42,512 nucleotides of DNA from Candidatus Kaiserbacteria bacterium RIFOXYD1_FULL_42_15 (GTDB taxonomy: Bacteria > Patescibacteriota > Minisyncoccia > Phycocordibacterales > UBA918): assembly GCA_001783565.1 (NCBI GenBank), contig MFMT01000023.1, forward strand, positions 1 through 42,512, read 5' to 3'. Shown here piece after piece: positions 17,433 through 26,678 of the stretch. How positions within the stretch are numbered: the first letter of the stretch is position 1; each line of letters starts with the position of its first letter. The position numbers were made by a program, and so were the translations under genes. The notes beneath the pieces were generated by a model. That model saw nothing but the letters and a program-made list of their open reading frames with translations. It had not been told where the DNA came from and ran no database searches.

Positions 17433-19319
17433 ATGAGTGGAAATGAAATTCGTGCTAAGTTCCTGGCCTTTATGGAGTCCCGCGGTCACGCCATTATACC
17501 GTCGGCGTCTTTAGTGCCCCAAAATGACCCTTCGGTGCTTTTTAACACTGCCGGGATGCAGCCGTTAGTGCCATACCTGATGGGACAACCCCACGCGAGT
17601 GGCAGAAAGCGTATCGCCGACTCACAAAAATGTGTCCGCACCAATGACATTGACGAGGTGGGGGACAACACCCACTTGACCTTCTTCGAAATGCTTGGCA
17701 ATTGGTCTTTGGGAGATTATTTCAAACAGGAAGCCCTGACCTGGAGTTTTGAACTACTGACTTCAAAGACCGAAGGATTTGGCCTTGACCCCAAGCGCCT
17801 ATACGTCACTGTATTTCAGGGTGACGAAAACGCTCCTCGTGATGAGGAGGCCTATGTAATCTGGAAAGAAATCTTTGAAAAAGCTGGGCTCGATCCTGGG
17901 AAACGCATTTTCTTTATGGATGCAGACTCCAACTGGTGGAGCCCGGGGGACAATGGTCCATGTGGCCCAGACAGTGAAATGTTTTATGACGTGTCCGGCA
18001 CCTTAACCGAGGGGCTGACAAGAGAAGAATTTATTGCCGCTGACGACCGCCAAGACATTGTTGAAATCTGGAACGATGTGTTTATGGAGTACGAGAAAAA
18101 GGACGGTAAGGTAGTGGGGAAGCTTGCCAAACAAAATGTCGACACTGGTTCGGGCCTAGAACGAGTCACCGCCGTAGTGCAAGGGAAGAGTGATGTTTTC
18201 GCTACTGACTTGTTCGTACCAATCCTTGATAAAATTGCCGAACACAGTTCCAAAGCTGACCCACGAGCAGCCAGGGTTATTGCTGACCACATTCGCGCCT
18301 CCACTTTCTTAATCGCCGACGGCGTCGCACCAGGCAACACCGACCAGGGCTATATTTTGCGTCGCTTGATGCGCCGGGCTATTCGTTATGCTGATACTCT
18401 CGGAATGCCGGCTGGTTCACTGGTGACACTAGTACCAGTTATCGTTAATTTGTATGGTGAAGCTTATCCCGAAGTGGCCGTCAATGAACAGAATATTGCT
18501 AGAGTAATAAGTACCGAAGAGGAACAGTTCCGCAAAACATTGGAAAACGGTCTAAAACAATTTAATAAAATCACTCTGCAGATTCATATGGTCAGCAAGA
18601 TTGTTGACGGTAAAAAAGTAATTGACACTTCAGTTGCTCCGACCACTAAACAAGCCATCAGTGGTCAGAATGCTTTTGACCTATACACCACTTATGGTTT
18701 TCCAATCGAACTAACCGAAGAAATTGCCGCCGAAAAGGGTCTGGTAGTGGAGCGGAAAGGTTTTGACAAACTAATGATAGAACACCGTGACCTTTCACGG
18801 GCTGGAGCCGAGCAAAAGTTCAAAGGCGGTCTAGCTGACCATTCCGACCAAGTGGTCCAATACCACACTACCCACCACCTACTCCTTCGGGCCCTACAAA
18901 TGGTTCTGGGTGACCAGGTAAAGCAACGCGGGTCAAACATCACTAACGAGCGTCTTCGTCTTGATTTCAGCAACGACACCAAAATGACCGATGAACAAAA
19001 AACCGAAGTCGAGAAAATTGTGAACGAGAAAATCGCTGCCGGTCTGCCTGTTATTCTCAACACCTTACCAAAAGAAGAAGCTGAACAACTTGGTGCTGAG
19101 CACGAGTTCGGTGCGAAGTATCCCGATACCGTCACCGTCTACTCGATCGGTCCAGTGGGCGCCACGGTTGAAAATCCAGATTTTGCAAACGCATTCTCGC
19201 TCGAATTCTGCGGCGGCCCTCATGTTACCAACACCTCTGACATTAAAGGAATTTTTAAAATCCAAAAAGAAGAATCATCATCGGCAGGTATAAGGCGGAT
19301 TAAGGGGGTTCTCGGTTAA
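17433..19319 (+). CDS. alaS: alanine--tRNA ligase lacking the C-Ala domain
   Basis: 628 aa. It has the N-terminal FLAFMESRGHAIIPSASLVPQNDPSVLFNTAGM and the editing-domain motifs HTTHHLL and CGGPHV. It ends at ...GIRRIKGVLG, where the coiled-coil/C-Ala region normally begins. Confidence 0.93.
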   Translation: MSGNEIRAKFLAFMESRGHAIIPSASLVPQNDPSVLFNTAGMQPLVPYLMGQPHASGRKRIADSQKCVRTNDIDEVGDNTHLTFFEMLGNWSLGDYFKQEALTWSFELLTSKTEGFGLDPKRLYVTVFQGDENAPRDEEAYVIWKEIFEKAGLDPGKRIFFMDADSNWWSPGDNGPCGPDSEMFYDVSGTLTEGLTREEFIAADDRQDIVEIWNDVFMEYEKKDGKVVGKLAKQNVDTGSGLERVTAVVQGKSDVFATDLFVPILDKIAEHSSKADPRAARVIADHIRASTFLIADGVAPGNTDQGYILRRLMRRAIRYADTLGMPAGSLVTLVPVIVNLYGEAYPEVAVNEQNIARVISTEEEQFRKTLENGLKQFNKITLQIHMVSKIVDGKKVIDTSVAPTTKQAISGQNAFDLYTTYGFPIELTEEIAAEKGLVVERKGFDKLMIEHRDLSRAGAEQKFKGGLADHSDQVVQYHTTHHLLLRALQMVLGDQVKQRGSNITNERLRLDFSNDTKMTDEQKTEVEKIVNEKIAAGLPVILNTLPKEEAEQLGAEHEFGAKYPDTVTVYSIGPVGATVENPDFANAFSLEFCGGPHVTNTSDIKGIFKIQKEESSSAGIRRIKGVLG

Positions 19320-19359
19320 CTTAAGCCATAGTAGGTAGTAATGGCGAGATGTCACACCT

Positions 19360-19403
19360 CTCGACGTCATTACGCCCGTCAGTACGTACGTACTGACGTC
19401 GAG
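19360..19403. promoter_or_regulatory. 44-bp nested palindrome abutting a TATAAT box (candidate operator or terminator)
   Basis: The outer arms are CTCGACGTCA and TGACGTCGAG. They enclose the 14-bp palindrome AGTACGTACGTACT. TATAAT at 19404-19409 follows immediately. Confidence 0.4.
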
Positions 19404-19483
19404 TATAATTATTGCTAGTTATCCTAAGTAGTGTACAAAAGGCGACACCAAGTGTGCTTACCTTGTATACTATATTTACTCAC

Positions 19484-20716
19484 ATGAGTTTATTTTCCTC
19501 AGGAAAAAATAATGTTCGTTTTGGAGCTCTGATTGAAATCGGTTCTGGTAGTGTTGTTGTTTCAATAATAAAATCAGATGCTACAAAAAAGAATCCAGAG
19601 ATAATTTGGTCACAACGTGAATTTGCTTCTTTAAAGTCAATCAAATCTCACGAGCAAGACGACAAAAGTATCATGGCAGTTTTAATGAACGTTATTTTAC
19701 AAGTTAATAGCACTGGCTATAAAGTACTGAAAGCTTATGACCCAAATGCACGAATAGGACATGTGCAGATTTCAATCACAGCACCATGGTCATACACCAT
19801 CAGCAAGACAATTGAATACTCAGAAGATCAAGAGTTTACTATTACGGCCGAATTAATAAATAACCTAATAGCCACCGCCCAAAAGAAGGTTGACAAAAAC
19901 AAAACAGAAAAGGAAATCGCCAGCGAACACGGACTGACTGTCTTAACTAGAAGTGTCACCGACATTAGGTCTAATGGTTACAAGACCACCAAGCCATTGA
20001 ATCAAAAGGCAAAAGCTATATCTATCACTCAGATTAGTGCCATCGCAGAAACAGCTATCACGGATGCTGTCATAGATTTACAGAGAAAAATACTTCCAAA
20101 CGCTAATTTGAAAACGTTCTCCTTTATGATGATGTTTCAGGCCTTGGTACGAAAATTATATCCACAAACAAATGACTTTTGCTTAATTGATGTGACATAT
20201 GAAGCTACCGAAATAGCCATTATCAGAAATGACACTCTTAAGTACTGCACCCAAACTGCTATTGGTGTAAACACTTTGGCACGAGGGTTGGCCAAAGTTT
20301 TAAGTATACCTCACGAAGAGGCACTGGCTTTTATGCGGGAGCCTTATTATTCAACAGCCCTCAAAACTCTTCCCGATAGTAAAATAATGGCCATGAAAGA
20401 AGTTTTGAAGAATTACCAAGTACAACTGGTAAAATTATTCAAAGAGACCGGTGATAATCTTTCCATACCACGGACTATGTTTTTACACGGTTCTGCGGGT
20501 TCAGACGGCATCTTACAAACACAAATGATGGATGAGGCCAAAATTGCCACCAGTTCTTCTTATGCTATATTCGAAATCTCAAGTGAGATTTTAACAAAAT
20601 CCTACACTGCTGAACAAAAGAAAACACTATTTTCTGTCACCTCAGATACCAGTGTTTTGTTGGCAGCGCAGTTTTTCCACACAAAAGAGAGTCGGGGTAA
20701 CTTTATTAGTAAATAA
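19484..20716 (+). CDS. divergent actin-like ATPase (FtsA/PilM-like)
   Basis: I prefer the ATG at 19484. The phosphate-1-like motif GALIEIGSGSVVVSI and the second motif CLIDVTYEATEIAIIRND...AIGVNTLARGLA resemble the ASKHA/FtsA fold. The assignment is weak. Confidence 0.4.
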   Translation: MSLFSSGKNNVRFGALIEIGSGSVVVSIIKSDATKKNPEIIWSQREFASLKSIKSHEQDDKSIMAVLMNVILQVNSTGYKVLKAYDPNARIGHVQISITAPWSYTISKTIEYSEDQEFTITAELINNLIATAQKKVDKNKTEKEIASEHGLTVLTRSVTDIRSNGYKTTKPLNQKAKAISITQISAIAETAITDAVIDLQRKILPNANLKTFSFMMMFQALVRKLYPQTNDFCLIDVTYEATEIAIIRNDTLKYCTQTAIGVNTLARGLAKVLSIPHEEALAFMREPYYSTALKTLPDSKIMAMKEVLKNYQVQLVKLFKETGDNLSIPRTMFLHGSAGSDGILQTQMMDEAKIATSSSYAIFEISSEILTKSYTAEQKKTLFSVTSDTSVLLAAQFFHTKESRGNFISK

Positions 20717-20740
20717 CCAGCTATACTGTACAATATACTT

Positions 20741-22078
20741 ATGACACAAAAATGGAATCTTCAAGATATCAGACCAGTCGAACCAAGACAGCGTCGCCGT
20801 TCAAGTACTATAAAAAATAGCGACCCTTCGGGTCAGTCTGATGTTATTGATACTAAGAATGGTTCAGAATTTGAGGTTTTACCATCTATATCCATTAACG
20901 ACGGCAAAAAAAAGAGTCCAAGGCAATTATTCGTGGCCATATTTATCTTTGTAGCCGTGGTGGGAACTGGTATTGGTGTTAGTGCCTTAACGGCAGGGGC
21001 AGTAATTACTTTATATCCAAAGGTTCGTGATATTAATGTCAATGCTGAATTTACCGCTCTTAATACCAAAAAAACTGACAGTTTGTCTTATGAAATAATG
21101 ACTATTGATGCTACAGGCGAACGACAAGTAACTGCCACTGGGCAGGAACAAGTGAAGAGTCAAGCTACAGGTGAAATTGAAATTACTAAAAGCACACCGG
21201 GAACCGAACGTCTAATTAAAAACACTAGATTTGCTACTACTGATGGTTTAGTATTTAGAATTCAAGAATCGGTGGTTATACCAGGAGCAGTAAAGAACGA
21301 GACTGGGGAAATGGTACCTGGAACCGTCAGAGCACAGGTCTTTGCCGATGAGGCCGGTGAAAACTATAATTTGCCTGCTAATACAATTCTTTCAGTCCCA
21401 GGTTTTAAGGAAGATGACTATACTGAACTTTACGATTCTATCAAAGCATCTAACTTGATGGCTTTTACGGATGGTTTTGACGGACCAAAGTTTATCATTG
21501 ATGAAAATGAACTTGCTACCGCTAAACAATCTTTACAGATGGAATTACGAGATACTTTAGTTGCTCGTGTGGTTAGTGAAAAGCCGGCAAATTTTACTTC
21601 TTTTGACAGCTCAATTGTTATTACTTATACAGACCTGCCTTCAGCTCAATATGGTGACACACTGGTTACTATTCGTGAACAAGCCACTTTACAAATTCCA
21701 CTTTTTAAAAATGCTGATTTTGCATCATTCATCGCCAAAGAAACAATAGTTGGCTATGATGCTAATGAATCAGTTCGGATTGATAACCTAGACACTCTAA
21801 CCTTCCTATATTCAACTGCCAGTACCTCACAAACAAATCTGGCCAATATTGATAGCTTTACCTTTAAAATATCAGGAATCCCCAAAATTGTTTGGACCGT
21901 TGATCAAGAGAGAATGAAGGTGGATTTAATTGGTATGGAAAAAACTGCCTTTCCTGGTATTTTGGGTAAATATAGTGGAATTACCAAAGGTGAAGTGAAG
22001 GTTCGTCCTTTTTGGAAACGTAGTTTCCCAGACAAACTTGACCAGATTAAAATCGTTGAAGTTTTATCAACACCGTAG
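20741..22078 (+). CDS. membrane-anchored protein, unknown function
   Basis: 445 aa. A basic N-terminus and a single TM helix (LFVAIFIFVAVVGTGIGVSAL) are followed by a large beta-rich extracytoplasmic domain. It starts 25 nt after the FtsA-like gene. Confidence 0.45.
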   Translation: MTQKWNLQDIRPVEPRQRRRSSTIKNSDPSGQSDVIDTKNGSEFEVLPSISINDGKKKSPRQLFVAIFIFVAVVGTGIGVSALTAGAVITLYPKVRDINVNAEFTALNTKKTDSLSYEIMTIDATGERQVTATGQEQVKSQATGEIEITKSTPGTERLIKNTRFATTDGLVFRIQESVVIPGAVKNETGEMVPGTVRAQVFADEAGENYNLPANTILSVPGFKEDDYTELYDSIKASNLMAFTDGFDGPKFIIDENELATAKQSLQMELRDTLVARVVSEKPANFTSFDSSIVITYTDLPSAQYGDTLVTIREQATLQIPLFKNADFASFIAKETIVGYDANESVRIDNLDTLTFLYSTASTSQTNLANIDSFTFKISGIPKIVWTVDQERMKVDLIGMEKTAFPGILGKYSGITKGEVKVRPFWKRSFPDKLDQIKIVEVLSTP

Positions 22079-22132
22079 TTGTCTAAAACTATTGACGTTA
22101 TGCGATTATTTTGATACACTCATGCCCGTCTA

Positions 22133-22360
22133 ATGGATCAATCAGATATATCAAAAAAGGATGACCTTATCAACGGTACAGTAGAGGAAGCGCTACCTAA
22201 TGCGCTTTTCCGTGTAATTCGTGATGATACAGGAGAATCACTTATTGCCTATCTGGCCGGCAAGATGAGACGTTTTAGAATTAGAGTTTTGGTGGGCGAC
22301 AAAGTTTGTATGGTCATTGACCCCTACGGCGGAAAAGCTCGCATTAGTAAACGCTTATAA
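22133..22360 (+). CDS. infA: translation initiation factor IF-1
   Basis: 75 aa. [14 protein letters not shown]...[20 protein letters not shown]...DPYGGKARI is a typical S1-like IF-1. Confidence 0.93.
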   Translation: MDQSDISKKDDLINGTVEEALPNALFRVIRDDTGESLIAYLAGKMRRFRIRVLVGDKVCMVIDPYGGKARISKRL

Positions 22361-22370
22361 ATATCACCAC

Positions 22371-22487
22371 ATGAAAGTACGATCGTCAGTAAAAAAAATG
22401 AGTCCGGATGATATTATCGTCAAAAGACGTGGTGTTGTTTTTGTTATCAATAAAAAGAAACCCCGCCATAAACAGCGACAAGGATAA
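22371..22487 (+). CDS. rpmJ: 50S ribosomal protein L36 (Cys-less form)
   Basis: This 38-aa ORF is absent from the ORF track because it is too short. I translated it by hand as [38 protein letters not shown], with stop TAA at 22485-22487. It sits in the canonical position between infA and rpsM. Confidence 0.9.
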   Translation: MKVRSSVKKMSPDDIIVKRRGVVFVINKKKPRHKQRQG

Positions 22488-22498
22488 TTATCTATTAT

Positions 22499-22876
22499 AT
22501 GCGTATTTCAGGTATCAACATTCCCGACGACAAACAACTGGCTTATGGCTTAACTGCTATTTTTGGTATTGGTTTATCCAGATCTAAGGAAATTCTAAAG
22601 TCTCATAAAATTGATCCAACTATTAAGCCAACCGCTCTCACAACCGAACAAGAAAACGTCATTCGAGAAAGTGTGGAATTATTTACTATTGAGGGTGAAT
22701 TAAAACGTGATATTTCTAGTAATATTAAACGTCTCAAGGATATACAATCTTATCGTGGTTCACGTCACAGTAAGCGCTTACCGGTTCGCGGACAGAGAAC
22801 CAAGACTAATGCCCGCACTCTCAAGGGAGCCAAGAAAACTATGGGTAGTGGACGTCGTAAGCTCGAAAAGACTTAA
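22499..22876 (+). CDS. rpsM: 30S ribosomal protein S13
   Basis: 125 aa. MRISGINIPDDK...YRGSRHSKRLPVRGQRTKTNART. Confidence 0.95.
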   Translation: MRISGINIPDDKQLAYGLTAIFGIGLSRSKEILKSHKIDPTIKPTALTTEQENVIRESVELFTIEGELKRDISSNIKRLKDIQSYRGSRHSKRLPVRGQRTKTNARTLKGAKKTMGSGRRKLEKT

Positions 22877-22906
22877 AATTTAATTATTAAAATCACGTAT
22901 TGACAT

Positions 22907-23338
22907 ATGGGTAAGAAACGTATAACAAAAAAGAGTGGGGGTTCGGATGTAGCGGGTTCATCTCGTGCTCTTAATCGTATCCCTAAGCGCAAGGTGGTCA
23001 CTGGTAAATTAAATATCATGGCAACTTTTAATAATACTTTACTGACACTTTGTGACAACAAAGGAAATGCAGTCATGAGTGCCTCAAGTGGTGCGTTGGG
23101 ATTCAAAGGGTCACGTAAGAGTACTCCATTTGCTGCCGCCAAAGTTGGTGAAATTATTGGTGAGAAAGCTCAGCAGATGGGTATGAAGGATGCAGAAATA
23201 ATTGTCCGGGGAGTTGGTGCTGGTCGTGAATCTGCCCTGCGAGCCTTTGCTGGAAAGGGTATCGGGATTTTGAAAATCGTTGATATGACCCCTATTCCCT
23301 TTAATGGTGTGCGGGCACCTAAACCAAGACGTATTTAA
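22907..23338 (+). CDS. rpsK: 30S ribosomal protein S11
   Basis: 143 aa. ...ATFNNTLLTLCDNKGN...GFKGSRKSTPFAA...MTPIPFNGVRAPKPRR. Confidence 0.95.
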   Translation: MGKKRITKKSGGSDVAGSSRALNRIPKRKVVTGKLNIMATFNNTLLTLCDNKGNAVMSASSGALGFKGSRKSTPFAAAKVGEIIGEKAQQMGMKDAEIIVRGVGAGRESALRAFAGKGIGILKIVDMTPIPFNGVRAPKPRRI

Positions 23339-23356
23339 TTAAGTCATATATTCATT

Positions 23357-23962
23357 ATGAAAATTGGTCCTAAATATAAAATTGCGAAGCGCCTAGGTGC
23401 TCCAATCTTTGAAAAAACACAGTCAGCTAAATTTGCTCTTTCTGAAGCCAAGCAGGGTCGTAACCGCAAGCGTGGTGGAATGGCTAGTGACTACAAAAAG
23501 CAATTGATTGAAAAACAAAAAATGCGATTTACTTATGGTATTAGCGAGAAACAACTTAGTCGTTATGTTAGTGACGCCACCGAAAAAAGTAATCAACCTA
23601 TTTCAATTTTAATGGAACGTTTAGAGTTTCGCTTGGATAATGTTGTTTACCGCCTTGGTTTAGCTAAGACTCGTCGCTTTGCTCGCCAAATGGTAAACCA
23701 CGGTCATATTTTTGTTAATGGTCGCAGACTAGATATTCCGTCACATAAAGTTTCTGCTAATGATATCATCTCGGTTCGTGAGCAGAGTAAAGGTAAGGGA
23801 ATGTACACTTTTTTACCTGAAACTCATGAAAGTGTCAGTGTGCCAGTCTGGCTAAAATTTGATCTTAAATCCATGTCTGGAATAATAGTCGGCAGTCCGG
23901 TTTATCAAGCTACTGATTTCATGTTTGATCCAGAACAAGTGCTTGAGTATTATAGTCGATAG
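23357..23962 (+). CDS. rpsD: 30S ribosomal protein S4
   Basis: 201 aa. It contains the S4 RNA-binding domain RLDNVVYRLGLAKTRRFARQMVNHGHIFVNG. Confidence 0.95.
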   Translation: MKIGPKYKIAKRLGAPIFEKTQSAKFALSEAKQGRNRKRGGMASDYKKQLIEKQKMRFTYGISEKQLSRYVSDATEKSNQPISILMERLEFRLDNVVYRLGLAKTRRFARQMVNHGHIFVNGRRLDIPSHKVSANDIISVREQSKGKGMYTFLPETHESVSVPVWLKFDLKSMSGIIVGSPVYQATDFMFDPEQVLEYYSR

Positions 23963-23995
23963 AAAGCGTGGTTTATTAAAGTAATTTATAACATT

Positions 23996-24955
23996 ATGTT
24001 AGAAACAAATGTCACCCTACCTTCAAAGCCACGCGTTGTGTCGGAGGTTAATTTCCAAGGTGTTTATGAAATTGACGGGCTTTACCCCGGATATGGACAT
24101 ACACTAGGTAATTCGTTGCGCCGAATAATTCTTGCTTCGCTTCCCGGGGCGACTATCACTCAAGTCAAAATTGACGGGGTACAACATGAATTTTCTACAA
24201 TCTCTGGTATTAACGAGGATGTTATTACTATTCTTCTAAATTTGAAAAGAGTACGCTTTCAGCTTCACGGTGATGAGGCAATGACTGTCACCCTTAAAAA
24301 GAAGGGTGTCTGCGAAGTTACCGCTACTGACATTACTTGCCCTTCTCAAGTCGAAATCCTAAATCCCAGCCAACATATCGCCGAGTTAACCGCAAAGAAT
24401 GCTAACTTAGATATGGAAATCAAAATTGAGCATGGACTTGGTTATGTTCCTCGTGAAATTCATCAACGTGATAAGGTAGAAATCGGAACAATAGCCCTTG
24501 ATGCCGTCTTTACCCCTATCAGACGCGCCAACTACGAAGTGGAAAACATGCGAGTTGGTGACCGAACAGACTACAATCGTCTCCGTATCTTTATTGAAAC
24601 AGATGGTACTCTAACTCCACGCGAGGCGCTAGAAAAGTCAATTGAAATTATGATTCACCAACTTAATGCTATTATTGGTTTTCAAAATCAAGTTGATACA
24701 CCGACAGTTAAAGCCGAAGCCAGTCAAGCAGTAGAAGCGAAAACAATTGACAATGAGATCTTAAAAACAAGAATCGAGACACTAGAACTTTCCTCTAGAA
24801 CTCTACAGGCTCTTGAGCTTGCCAGCATCAGGACTGTCGGAGGGCTTGTGCGAAAGAGAAAAGATGATATTCTAGCTCTCGATGGAATTGGACCAAAAGG
24901 GGTTGAAGAAATTGTTATGCTCCTGGAAAAAATGAGTCTATCTCTGACTGAATAA
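23996..24955 (+). CDS. rpoA: DNA-directed RNA polymerase subunit alpha
   Basis: 319 aa. It has the N-terminal domain motifs GHTLGNSLRRILL.. and a C-terminal domain LELSSRTLQALELASIRTVGGL. Confidence 0.95.
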   Translation: MLETNVTLPSKPRVVSEVNFQGVYEIDGLYPGYGHTLGNSLRRIILASLPGATITQVKIDGVQHEFSTISGINEDVITILLNLKRVRFQLHGDEAMTVTLKKKGVCEVTATDITCPSQVEILNPSQHIAELTAKNANLDMEIKIEHGLGYVPREIHQRDKVEIGTIALDAVFTPIRRANYEVENMRVGDRTDYNRLRIFIETDGTLTPREALEKSIEIMIHQLNAIIGFQNQVDTPTVKAEASQAVEAKTIDNEILKTRIETLELSSRTLQALELASIRTVGGLVRKRKDDILALDGIGPKGVEEIVMLLEKMSLSLTE

Positions 24956-24958
24956 ATT

Positions 24959-25315
24959 ATGCAACACGGAAATAAAAATCGAACCTTTGGGCGAGTGCGC
25001 AGTCAGCGGACGGCTTTAATGCGTGGATTGGCGGTGTCACTTATTCGTGATGGTAAAATCAAAACCACTGAAGCAAAAGCCAAGGAGCTAAGACCACTGA
25101 TTGAACGCCTCGTAACCTACGGAAAGAAGAACACGCTCTCAGCTCGCCGTATTGTCGCTAGCCGTCTTGGTGAACCAAACACCAGCATCGTCAAGAAGGT
25201 ATTTGATGTTATTGCACCAAAATTTACTGAGAGAGCTGGGGGTTATACAAGAATTATTAAAATGGGACGTACCCCAGCTGGACGGGACGAGGCAGTAATC
25301 GAATTTGTAGAATAA
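24959..25315 (+). CDS. rplQ: 50S ribosomal protein L17
   Basis: 118 aa. ...RTFGRVRSQRTALMRGLAVSLIRDGKIKTTEAKAKELRP. Confidence 0.93.
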   Translation: MQHGNKNRTFGRVRSQRTALMRGLAVSLIRDGKIKTTEAKAKELRPLIERLVTYGKKNTLSARRIVASRLGEPNTSIVKKVFDVIAPKFTERAGGYTRIIKMGRTPAGRDEAVIEFVE

Positions 25316-25319
25316 TTAT

Positions 25320-25682
25320 ATGACTACAGAAATTACAAAAAAAGAATATTCTATTGATGCCTCAAACATGCGTTTGGGTACTTTGGCTACTCAGGCAGCT
25401 GCTATTTTACTTGGTAAAAAAACTCCTGATTATGCCCGCCATCTGACAGCCGATGTTAATCTTACAATTACCAATGTCAGTAAGCTCGACATTACTGAAA
25501 AGAAGAAGCAGGAAATTTATCAATCTTATTCTGGTTACCCAGGTGGTCGCAAGACTGAAACTCTTGACCATCTAGGAAATAGATTGGGTTATGCAGAGGT
25601 AGTGCGCCGCACGATTGCCGGCATGCTTCCAAATAATAAATTAAAGAAACCGATGCTTAAAAACCTAGTAATTACTGAATAA
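25320..25682 (+). CDS. rplM: 50S ribosomal protein L13 (short form)
   Basis: 120 aa. ...IDASNMRLGTLATQAAAILLGK...YSGYPGG...IAGMLPNNKL. It starts 4 nt after rplQ. Confidence 0.9.
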   Translation: MTTEITKKEYSIDASNMRLGTLATQAAAILLGKKTPDYARHLTADVNLTITNVSKLDITEKKKQEIYQSYSGYPGGRKTETLDHLGNRLGYAEVVRRTIAGMLPNNKLKKPMLKNLVITE

Positions 25683-25683
25683 T

Positions 25684-26094
25684 ATGGCTACCAAAACAAC
25701 TGAACGCTATATCGAAGGACTAGGACGTCGTAAAACTGCGACAGCTCGGGTGCGTCTTACACCGGCCAAGGAAACAACTATTTTGGTAAATGAGAAAGAA
25801 TTGTCTGATTATTTCTCATATGCTGCTTTGCAACAAGATGTTACTTCTGTACTCAAGACAGAAGAAGCGGGAATTGAACATTATGCAATTACTGCCAAAG
25901 TGCTCGGTGGCGGACTTTCTTCGCAAGCCGAAGCTATCAGACTCGGAATTGCTCGCGCGTTGGTAAAGGAAAAAGCTACCCGCCGAATTGCTCTCAAGAA
26001 AGCCGGCTTCCTCAAACGAGATCCACGTTCAGTCGAGAGAAAGAAGTTCGGACTTCTCAAAGCTCGCAAGCGACCGGCCTGGAGTAAACGATAA
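25684..26094 (+). CDS. rpsI: 30S ribosomal protein S9
   Basis: 136 aa. GLGRRKTATARVRL...RDPRSVERKKFGLLKARKRPAWSKR. Confidence 0.95.
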   Translation: MATKTTERYIEGLGRRKTATARVRLTPAKETTILVNEKELSDYFSYAALQQDVTSVLKTEEAGIEHYAITAKVLGGGLSSQAEAIRLGIARALVKEKATRRIALKKAGFLKRDPRSVERKKFGLLKARKRPAWSKR

Positions 26095-26243
26095 ATTCTG
26101 CAATCTGGCGTTGTCGCTACGAAAAATAAGATGTTCGCTGGACTATTTGTCCCACTCTCATTTTGTTTTCCTAGGCCCCTGGCCACATAGCAAAATATAT
26201 CGTTTCCTAATTTAAAAATAAACGCGCAGCTTCATACGCTACG

Positions 26244-26287
26244 AAAAAAGACTCTGCCCGGACAGCTGTCCCCGTCGGGTCTTTTTT
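26244..26287. terminator. bidirectional terminator-like hairpin
   Basis: AAAAAAGAC-[26 nt containing the palindrome GGACAGCTGTCC]-GTCTTTTTT. The A and T tracts on both sides allow termination in either direction. It lies 150 nt after rpsI. Confidence 0.5.
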
Positions 26288-26678
26288 CCTGTTTCCTACA
26301 GAAACTGTCCACTCACTCACTACTTTGTTTCACTTTCAGTTCATAAAGTTGCAGTGTGAGTCTTGCGAAGTGACATTAAATCACTTCTCACGCATCACTC
26401 TGCATCTTACAAATAACGTTTCGTACATTGTTATAGGCACACTCTTATGGCGGTTAACTATACAACACTTCATTGAGTGTCTTCCCATCAAGTCCACAGT
26501 GTTCAAGGTTGTTATTATTCCACAGGCGGATTTTATTTTTAAGTTGTGTCGGATTTGAGAATGTATTTTTCTGATAAAACTTCTCCTCATCTTCACGATG
26601 GGAACGGCCATAAACACAAGAACTAAAGCCACAGTGGCAACACTGCGGCTTTCCATATTAATGCTACAATAAAACCAT

